From contig JAWLHR010000002.1 in assembly GCA_041690295.1 (NCBI GenBank), positions 96,001-160,000 of the forward strand: a stretch of DNA of 64,000 nucleotides, in the 5' to 3' direction. The DNA comes from Bdellovibrionales bacterium. GTDB taxonomy: Bacteria > Bdellovibrionota > Bdellovibrionia > Bdellovibrionales > UBA1609. Below the pieces are notes generated by a model. It was not told the DNA's origin, did not search any database, and saw only the letters and a list, made by a program, of their open reading frames with translations. Positions 56,577 through 64,000 of the stretch are shown one piece after another (position 1 is the stretch's first letter; each line of letters opens with the position of its first letter). The position numbers and the translations under genes are program-made.

Positions 56577-58368
56577 TTTTTTCGAGTTCCCGTTCGCGCG
56601 TGAGCGCGAACTGGGAGCGATAGAGGTCGTGGTATATCCCTTTTAGGGCGAGCAGTTCCTCATGCCGCCCTTTTTCCATGATACGCCCCTCACTCAGCAC
56701 CACAATCAAATCACAATGAAGAATGGTGGATAACCGGTGCGCGATGATGATGCTGGTTCGGTCTTTGGTCACGATTTCAGTGGCCTTTTGAATGGCTCGT
56801 TCGCTCACCGAATCGATATTCGCGGTGGCTTCATCCAGGATCAAAATGTCGGGGTCGAAAGCCAGGACCCGGGCAAAGGCGAGAAGCTGCCGTTCTCCCG
56901 AACTGAGATTGGCTCCGCGCTCCTGAATTAAACCTTCAAGTCCGCCATGCAATTTAAGTATTTCGTGGCATTGGGCCTGGTGAGCCGCCCAAAGGGCGCG
57001 ATCACGCGTGATGTTGGGATCAAAGAGAGCGATGTTGTTGAAAATGGTTCCACTGAACACGAATCCATCCTGCTGAACTACGCCCACTCGAGGTCTGAGC
57101 GAGCGTGGTGAGATTTCTTGCAATGGGACTCCATCAATCAGAATGCGGCCTTCTTCGACGTCATAAAATCGTTGCAGCAATGACACCATGGTGCTTTTAC
57201 CGCTTCCGGTTCTTCCGACGAGGGCCACGGACTGACCCGGTTCAATGGATAAATTGATCCCGCGCAATGCGTAGGGAGCGTTTTCGTGATACCGGAAATG
57301 AACGTCTTTGAACTCGATTCGTCCCGCGAGTCTCGGTTGCTCCAGCGAGCGGCCTTCGGTGTTTTCGGGAGCCTCATCCAAAAGATGAAAAACGCGATCG
57401 GCGCTCGCCAAGCTGTTTTGCAATTGGTTGTAGCGTTCAAGAATGGTTTTTAACGGTTTGAAAAAGCTTTGCAGCAAGAGCAAGTAGGCGACCAGCGAGC
57501 CCATCGATAGCCCGGCGTTCTTGTGCAGATAGGCGCCGACAAAAAGGGCCACGGCCAAAGTGAAAATATTGAAACCTTCGATCACCGGCCAGAGTGTGGC
57601 GAAGAGTTTAACCGTTGAGAGTTGCAAATCGCGATAATCCCGCGAAATTTTCTGGAAGAACTCGCGCGATTCATCAGTGCGATTAAAGAGCTGCAGGATT
57701 TTTATCCCGCCGAATGACTCCGCGCTAAAGGCGTTGATCATCGACAGTTTCCGTTTCGTGGCGCCGAATTGAAAGCGAATGCGACGGCTGATCTTCATGC
57801 AAATCCAAACCAGAGGCGGAAGAACCAACGTGGTGATGCCCGTCATCTGCCAGCTGATCAGAGTCAAGGCCACGAAAATGGAGATCATCTCCACCAAATT
57901 CACGAAAATGGCGGCGAATCCATGGGAGAAAAGCTCACCCAGAGCGAAGACATCATTCGTCACACGAGTGACAATGCGGCCTGCTGGATTTATTTCGAAG
58001 AAACGCACCGGCAGGCGTTGCGCATGGCTGATTAGCCGCTCGCGCATTTCAAAAAGAACTTGGTTGCCGAAGCACTGGATGTACCGGCTTTGCATGAAGG
58101 CGAGATAGGCGCGCACGGTTTCAAGCAGCAAATAAGCGATCGCCACCTGCCAGATCACCGACCACTCGTTTTGCTGAACTCCCTGGTCGATGGCGTAACC
58201 GAAGAGAAAGGGGAGAAGGCGCCCGACGCCCACGAAAGCGCCCACCAGCAACAGCGAATAAATGACCCGGGATTTATGCCGCCACAGATACGGCCAGATT
58301 TTTAAAAATAATTTTTTGAACGTAAGTTCGAGAGCGACATTGTCCTCGGTGAAAAAGTGATGGGTCAT
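56566..58368 (-). CDS. ABC exporter, fused TMD-NBD (MdlB-like half)
   Basis: GRTGSGKST, LSSGERQ, ILDEAT; six TM. Confidence 0.93.
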   Translation of the reverse strand: MTHHFFTEDNVALELTFKKLFLKIWPYLWRHKSRVIYSLLLVGAFVGVGRLLPFLFGYAIDQGVQQNEWSVIWQVAIAYLLLETVRAYLAFMQSRYIQCFGNQVLFEMRERLISHAQRLPVRFFEINPAGRIVTRVTNDVFALGELFSHGFAAIFVNLVEMISIFVALTLISWQMTGITTLVLPPLVWICMKISRRIRFQFGATKRKLSMINAFSAESFGGIKILQLFNRTDESREFFQKISRDYRDLQLSTVKLFATLWPVIEGFNIFTLAVALFVGAYLHKNAGLSMGSLVAYLLLLQSFFKPLKTILERYNQLQNSLASADRVFHLLDEAPENTEGRSLEQPRLAGRIEFKDVHFRYHENAPYALRGINLSIEPGQSVALVGRTGSGKSTMVSLLQRFYDVEEGRILIDGVPLQEISPRSLRPRVGVVQQDGFVFSGTIFNNIALFDPNITRDRALWAAHQAQCHEILKLHGGLEGLIQERGANLSSGERQLLAFARVLAFDPDILILDEATANIDSVSERAIQKATEIVTKDRTSIIIAHRLSTILHCDLIVVLSEGRIMEKGRHEELLALKGIYHDLYRSQFALTRERELEKTNL

Positions 58369-60110
58369 CAGCCGTTCTCCCGGGTTTGCATGTCCTGCAG
58401 TATGCGGTAACTGGCGGATTCGCGGAGAAGAGTTTGGTGATTGCCCATCGACTCGATTCGCCCTTTGTTCAAAACCAGAATCTGATCGGCTTCGCGCACG
58501 CTGGCCAGCCGGTGCGAGACCACGATCGACGTGGTTTTCTTCAGCTCTCTTCGTAATCTATGAAGGATGGCTTCTTCCGTCTTGGCGTCGACGGCGCTCA
58601 AAGCGTCATCCAAAATCACCAAAGGATACTCACAGATAATGGCGCGGGCGAGGGTAAGGCGCTGTTTTTGTCCGCCCGAAAGATTCACACCGCGTTCCCC
58701 CACCAGCGCGTCGTAAGCGCCCGGCCAAGAATCGATTTCATGATTCATGTCCACGCTTTCGGCCGCCATACGAACGTCTTCCAGCTCCCACTGATTCAGC
58801 CCGAGAGCCACATTCTCACTGACCTTGCGGGAAAAGAGAAAGGCTTCCTGTGGAACCACGCCGATCAGACGGCGAAGCGATGAGGTTTTGATTTTCTCGA
58901 TGGGAACGCCGTTGATCAGAATGGAACCGCTCGGGACAGCGTATTGGCGCGTGAGCAATTCAATCAGGGTGGATTTTCCCGATCCGGTCATCCCCACGAT
59001 GCCCAGACATTGCCCCCGTTCCAGCCGGAATGAAATGTTTTTCAAAGCCGGCTGATTGGCATCGGGATAAGTGAACGAGAGATTTCGCACTTCCAAACTT
59101 TCAAGTTCGGAGATTTCGATTTCGCCTTCGTCCGGCACGTCGGGACGGGCTTCCAGAACGTCGCGAATCCGGCGAAAGGCCGCGTGGCCTTCTTGCATAT
59201 GGCTGAGCCCGATTCCGATCGCGGACATCGGCCAGATCATGCGCTGGATGTATTGGTAAAACGCGATGAATTGCCCGAGCGAAACTTCATTTGACATCAC
59301 CAAAGGTGTGCCAAGTAAAAGAAGGATCACGCTTCCCAGCGCCACCGGCAACTCCAGTGACGGACCGAATAGGGCATCCCAAAACGCCACCTTGTCGCAA
59401 GCGGCGCGAAAAGCGCCGGAGTGTTTATTGAATTGAACGGTTTGGTTGTGCTCTTGGGCGAAACTTTTGATCACCCGTATGCCCGAGATGATTTCTTGCG
59501 CAGAACCCGAGAAGTCCGCGAACCGTTCCTGCCGGGTGTGGTAGGCTCCATGGATCCGGTCGAGGATTTTTCGCACCATGAATGGCACGAAGGGCATCAG
59601 GATGAGCGTTTGCCAGGTCCACGTCGGCGAAATGTAAATCATCTGCGGCAACACCAGCAGGATAAGAAAAATTCCATCGAAGAGAATCAGATGTCCCGGT
59701 CCAATTCCCATGCGAAAGGAATTGACGTCGTTGGAAATCAACGAAATCAGTTGACCCACTTTGCGCGGCCGGAAAAACGACGGTCCGAGATCCATCATTT
59801 TATCGAAAAGCCGGTTGCGCAGATCATCGGCGGTGGAGTGATGAAAGGTCGCCCAGAACAGCCGCCACAAGAATCGGAAAATCGAAATGACAATGATCAC
59901 GCCGAAAATCCAGCCCACCATCTCGGCCACGTCGGTGAGCGGACGTCCTTCGGCGATGCGGTCGATGGTCAGGCCTGTCAGCATCGGCACGAGCGAATCC
60001 ATCAAATTGGTGAAGAATAGGCAGGTGAGTCCCAGGATCACGAGGCGCAAATGCCGCTTCATGTAGTACCCGTAGGGTCTCTCCAGTAGCTCCCTTGGAT
60101 TTTCCGGCAT
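58368..60110 (-). CDS. ABC exporter, fused TMD-NBD (MdlA-like half)
   Basis: GMTGSGKST, LSGGQKQR, ILDDALSAVD (degenerate Walker B Asp typical of heterodimers). Confidence 0.93.
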   Translation of the reverse strand: MPENPRELLERPYGYYMKRHLRLVILGLTCLFFTNLMDSLVPMLTGLTIDRIAEGRPLTDVAEMVGWIFGVIIVISIFRFLWRLFWATFHHSTADDLRNRLFDKMMDLGPSFFRPRKVGQLISLISNDVNSFRMGIGPGHLILFDGIFLILLVLPQMIYISPTWTWQTLILMPFVPFMVRKILDRIHGAYHTRQERFADFSGSAQEIISGIRVIKSFAQEHNQTVQFNKHSGAFRAACDKVAFWDALFGPSLELPVALGSVILLLLGTPLVMSNEVSLGQFIAFYQYIQRMIWPMSAIGIGLSHMQEGHAAFRRIRDVLEARPDVPDEGEIEISELESLEVRNLSFTYPDANQPALKNISFRLERGQCLGIVGMTGSGKSTLIELLTRQYAVPSGSILINGVPIEKIKTSSLRRLIGVVPQEAFLFSRKVSENVALGLNQWELEDVRMAAESVDMNHEIDSWPGAYDALVGERGVNLSGGQKQRLTLARAIICEYPLVILDDALSAVDAKTEEAILHRLRRELKKTTSIVVSHRLASVREADQILVLNKGRIESMGNHQTLLRESASYRILQDMQTRENG

Positions 60111-60172
60111 TCCACTACACTAGGATGAGGACCGGGGAATTGCAATTCACACTGTCGTGCGATGATTTAGAC

Positions 60173-60199
60173 AAAAAAAGCCCGCCATCATGGCGGGCT
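60173..60199 (-). terminator. rho-independent terminator of the subtilase gene
   Basis: AGCCCGCCAT/ATGGCGGGCT stem plus A7 (U-tract on the minus strand). Confidence 0.85.
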
Positions 60200-60229
60200 A
60201 AAAGATAACAACCGAGCTTTGGGAGAAGA

Positions 60230-61687
60230 CTAGTAACGAATCAAGCTTTGGACGTCCAATTGGCCGCCCGAAACTGTCTTACCGTTCAAAACGCTGGTCT
60301 TTTTAACGCTCATCAAGATGGCGTTTTTCACTTCCTGCCAAGTTTTGGTCGGATGCAAGCTCCAGTACAGAGCCGCGGCACCGGCCACATGGGGAGTCGC
60401 CATCGAAGTTCCATCCCAAGTGGCGGTGATCAATCCGGGAATGTCGATCACCGTGTCGGTGTACTTCACCGACTGAGTGACCGTGCTGAACACCTTCACG
60501 CCGGGAGCGCCAAGGTCCACCGATCGCGCGCCCCAGTTAGAAAAGCTGCCAAGCTGCCCGGCCTCGTTGATCGCGGCCACGCTGATGATGTTTTCATGCG
60601 GATAGCTCGCGGGATAAGCGGGTTTGGAGTCACGGTCATTGTCGTAGCCCACGCCTTGGTGTCCGTTACCGGCGGCGGCGATGAAGAGCACGCCTTTCGA
60701 CTGCGCATAAGAGATCGCGTCTTTGAGAGCGCCGGAGTCGGGGTCATTCGGATCTTCGCCTTCCGAACCCCAGGAGTTTGAAGTGACTAAAGCGCCGTTA
60801 TCAACAGCGTACTTAATGGCCTTGATCGCGTCGGCGGTCGTGCCCTGGCCTTTTTCACTGATGAACCGCAGAGCCATGATTTTCACGTTCGGTGCGACGC
60901 CGGCGATGCCTTTGCCGTTGTCGCCACGAGCGGCCACGTTACCCGCGCAGTGCGTGCCGTGACCGGGATTGCCGCCGCTGAAGAGCATTTCAAAGAGGTT
61001 GGCGGTGAGGTCATAAGGCTTGTTGTCGTTGGAAACAAAGTCCCAACCGACGATATCATCGACATAACCGTTATTATCGTCATCGATGCCGTTTCCGGGA
61101 ATTTCGCCGGGGTTACGCCACATATTGTCCACCAAGTCTTCGTGAGTGTAGTCGACTCCGGTGTCGATCACCGCGACCACCACTTCGGGGTTTCCTTTGG
61201 TGTAGTTCCATGCGTCCTTAACGCCCATTTGGTTCATACCCCATTGATTGCTGAACAAGGGGTCGGGGCCCGAGCCACCGCTACCGTTGCTGGGAATTTC
61301 CGGATTGTCCGGAGCGGGAGTTTCACCGAAGCCGGGGAATCCGCCGTCATCCATGATTTTGCTTAGAATCTCGGCGCGAACCTTCGGGTTCGAAAGCGCG
61401 GGATTATCGAACAGCCGGATCGTGTAGTTGGGCTGCACTTTTAAAACGCCCGGCATCTGCTTAATTCGCGCCTGGGTGAAATTCGCCGCCACGCTCGGGG
61501 GAAACTTGACGTGAGTCCAACCGTCCACGCCCAAGTTCTCCATCTGAACTCCGGCCGGCAGTTTGGCGGAAAACGCCACCGCAGCCGCTGGGCTGGACTT
61601 AAGTTTCACCAGGTAATCGCCGGGTTCGGCTTTGGCGAAGAGACTGCCTGAAAATAGGGCAGCCATAAGAACGGTAATGAATTTCAT
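60230..61687 (-). CDS. S8 subtilisin-like serine protease
   Basis: VIDTGVD, HGTHCAG, AAAGN, GTSMATPHVAG; signal and propeptide. Confidence 0.96.
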   Translation of the reverse strand: MKFITVLMAALFSGSLFAKAEPGDYLVKLKSSPAAAVAFSAKLPAGVQMENLGVDGWTHVKFPPSVAANFTQARIKQMPGVLKVQPNYTIRLFDNPALSNPKVRAEILSKIMDDGGFPGFGETPAPDNPEIPSNGSGGSGPDPLFSNQWGMNQMGVKDAWNYTKGNPEVVVAVIDTGVDYTHEDLVDNMWRNPGEIPGNGIDDDNNGYVDDIVGWDFVSNDNKPYDLTANLFEMLFSGGNPGHGTHCAGNVAARGDNGKGIAGVAPNVKIMALRFISEKGQGTTADAIKAIKYAVDNGALVTSNSWGSEGEDPNDPDSGALKDAISYAQSKGVLFIAAAGNGHQGVGYDNDRDSKPAYPASYPHENIISVAAINEAGQLGSFSNWGARSVDLGAPGVKVFSTVTQSVKYTDTVIDIPGLITATWDGTSMATPHVAGAAALYWSLHPTKTWQEVKNAILMSVKKTSVLNGKTVSGGQLDVQSLIRY

Positions 61688-61896
61688 AAAGGACCCCTCC
61701 TTGGTTGACGGGATTGCACAAAGCGTTACCCGCCCAGTTCACACTCCATAGGGAACTGTGAAGACAATTTTATTAGCCCATTGGCTGGTTTCAATTTGTA
61801 ACCGGAAAACTGGACCTTTTAGTGCTCGGCAGCATTGAAGCGCTCCTTATATTTTGCTAAGCACTTGATGAATGCTCATTGATAAAGGAGTTCCAG

Positions 61897-62430
61897 TTGG
61901 CTGAGGCTCTCAGGCAAGTGGACCGCGAACTCGTCGAGAGTACTCGTACGTTTGCGTTCACCACAAAATTAGAAAAGATCGTGGCTTGGGGAAGGAAGAA
62001 TTCCCTGTGGCCTTTACCTTACGGTACGGCTTGTTGCGGAATTGAGATGATGTCGGTTATGGGACCGCGCTACGATCTCGCGCGATTCGGCGCCGAAGTC
62101 GTCCGCTTTTCTCCGCGCCAAGCGGACATGATGATTGTCGCCGGCACCATCACCGAAAAAATGGCGCCAGTGATTTTGCGAATCTATCAGCAAATGCTTG
62201 AACCGAAGTACGTGATCGCCATGGGCGCTTGCGCGAGCTCCGGAGGCTTCTACAGATCATACCACGTTCTTCAAGGTGTGGATAAAGTGGTGCCCGTGGA
62301 CGTTTACGTTCCCGGATGTCCGCCGACACCCGAAGCGGTTTTGGATGGGGTCATGCGAGTGCAGAAGATGATTGAGGACGGATCACCCCGTCCGTGGAAA
62401 GAACACTGGCAACCAGGCGTTTATCGATGA
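61897..62430 (+). CDS. nuoB: NADH-quinone oxidoreductase subunit B
   Basis: [34 protein letters not shown] before TTG. Confidence 0.97.
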   Translation: MAEALRQVDRELVESTRTFAFTTKLEKIVAWGRKNSLWPLPYGTACCGIEMMSVMGPRYDLARFGAEVVRFSPRQADMMIVAGTITEKMAPVILRIYQQMLEPKYVIAMGACASSGGFYRSYHVLQGVDKVVPVDVYVPGCPPTPEAVLDGVMRVQKMIEDGSPRPWKEHWQPGVYR

Positions 62431-64000
62431 GCGCGAATACGATTGAGTCGGTTCGTACCGACCTGAAAACCAAATTCCCGAACGTCAACTTTGATTACGC
62501 TTATGAGAATCACGCCAACATCCTTCATATTCCCAAAGAATATGTGGTGTTGGTGATGAAGCATTTCAAAGACAGCGGCCGCTTCGATTTCCTGATGAAT
62601 ATTTCAGGTGTCGATTATCCCGAACGCGAGAAGCGCTTTGAAGTCGTCTACGAACTTTTCTCCTCGCGAACCATGGAGCGCCTGCGGGTCAAAACCAAAG
62701 TCGGCGAAGACGAAGAAGTCCCGACCATCATTCATTTGTGGCGGGGAGCGGATTGGTTTGAGCGTGAAACCTGGGACATGTTCGGCATCAAATTCGCCGG
62801 TCATCCGAATTTACGGCGCCTGCTGGTGCATCACCAGTTTCAAGGATTTCCCCTGCGCAAGGATTATCCGGCGGATTTGCAGCAACACTGCACTGAAGCC
62901 ACGCCCATTCATTTCGACGTGGATCCCGAGTACACGGCGCCTCCCGATAAGGATTTGGTCCCGCTGAATATCGGTCCGTCCCATCCGGCCACGCACGGAA
63001 CTTTGCGGGTGATGGTGCAACTTGATGGCGAAAAAGTTCATCGCGCGACGGTTGAAATGGGTTACCTGCACCGCTGTTTTGAAAAAATGGCGGAAACCCA
63101 TCCTTACAATCAGGTGATTCCGTACACGGATCGTTTGAACTACTGCTCGGCGCCGATGAACAACGTGGGCTACTGCAAAGCCGTCGAGAAACTGCTCGGC
63201 GTGGAAATCCCGCCGAAGGCGCAGGCGATCCGGGTGATTTTGTGCGAGCTTTCGCGCATCATCGATCACATTGTTTGTATCGGCGCCAACGCGGTGGACC
63301 TCGGTGCTTTGACGGGATTTTTCCATCTCTTCACTTATCGCGAAAAAGTCTATTCGCTTTTCGAACAACTCTGCGGGGCGCGTTTGACGGTTTCACTCAC
63401 GCGCGTGGGCGGAATGGCCAATAATCCTCCCGAGGGTTGGTATAAGAACGTCCTTCAGTTCGTGAAGGAAATGCGCAAGGGCGTTGACGAACTCGATCTT
63501 CTTCTCACCGAGAATAAAATCTGGATTCAACGGACACGGGATGTCGGCAAGATTTCCCCGCAAGAGGCGATTGAATGGGGATATACGGGTCCGTGCTTGC
63601 GGGCCGCCGGTGTGGGATTGGATTTGCGTAAAGCCCAGCCCTATTACGGCTACGATCAACTCGACTTCGACGTTCCCGTGGGAACCACCGGTGACGTTTA
63701 CGATCGCTATCTCGTGCGGGTCGCCGAAATGCGCGAGTCATTGAAGATCATTGAGCAGGTGGCGAAAAACATTCCCGAGGGCGATTACACGATTCGCGAC
63801 AAGAACATCGTCTTACCGGAAAAGAAGGACGTCTACGGCAACATCGAGGGCTTGATGAACCACTTCATGCTGGTGATCAAAGGCCTTAGGCCGCCGGCCG
63901 GCGAAGTCTATGACGCCACCGAAGCCGCCAACGGGGAACTTGGATTTTACCTGGTCAGTGACAACAGCGCGCGTCCCTACCGTTTGAAAGTGCGCGCGCC
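62427..64000 (+). CDS. nuoCD: fused NADH-quinone oxidoreductase subunit C/D (3' end outside window)
   Basis: Hand translation from ATG 62427: [19 protein letters not shown], then [25 protein letters not shown] in one frame. Confidence 0.94.
   Translation, partial: MSANTIESVRTDLKTKFPNVNFDYAYENHANILHIPKEYVVLVMKHFKDSGRFDFLMNISGVDYPEREKRFEVVYELFSSRTMERLRVKTKVGEDEEVPTIIHLWRGADWFERETWDMFGIKFAGHPNLRRLLVHHQFQGFPLRKDYPADLQQHCTEATPIHFDVDPEYTAPPDKDLVPLNIGPSHPATHGTLRVMVQLDGEKVHRATVEMGYLHRCFEKMAETHPYNQVIPYTDRLNYCSAPMNNVGYCKAVEKLLGVEIPPKAQAIRVILCELSRIIDHIVCIGANAVDLGALTGFFHLFTYREKVYSLFEQLCGARLTVSLTRVGGMANNPPEGWYKNVLQFVKEMRKGVDELDLLLTENKIWIQRTRDVGKISPQEAIEWGYTGPCLRAAGVGLDLRKAQPYYGYDQLDFDVPVGTTGDVYDRYLVRVAEMRESLKIIEQVAKNIPEGDYTIRDKNIVLPEKKDVYGNIEGLMNHFMLVIKGLRPPAGEVYDATEAANGELGFYLVSDNSARPYRLKVRA

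Noticed and set aside
61710..61735. sigma-54 promoter for the subtilase
   Set aside because: The GG to GC spacing is one base off the strict -24/-12 requirement.

Overview
Chromosomal segment of a bacterium that I infer to be a Bdellovibrionales-type predator, from gene content and order: Ser/Thr kinase-coaE, addAB, CdgA-like GGDEF protein, Glt-type gliding operon, TIGR02147 protein, and nuoB-nuoCD without nuoA. Most of the window is housekeeping or envelope genes (coaE, addBA, nadB, alr, mlaEFD, purH, yhaM, rsmI, ABC exporter pair, subtilase, nuoB/CD). Three accessory signals stand out. (1) An HNH endonuclease gene (39928-41046) carries a 17-bp palindrome ACTTCCGAWTCGGAAGT inside its coding sequence. 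The same palindrome is clustered upstream of the gene and recurs about 2 kb and 4 kb away in intergenic gaps, next to tandem amplifications of neighbouring gene ends. This is a candidate HNH-driven REP-like system. (2) A ~2.3-kb AT-richer islet is bounded by a perfect 125-bp duplication of the nadB 3' end and contains a secreted zinc peptidase and an att-like relic. (3) A regulator sits opposite a cytochrome c / YceI / cytochrome-porin (Cyc2-like) cassette. No rRNA, complete tRNA, CRISPR array, integrase or transposase was recognised. All calls come from motif reading only; no searches were run.
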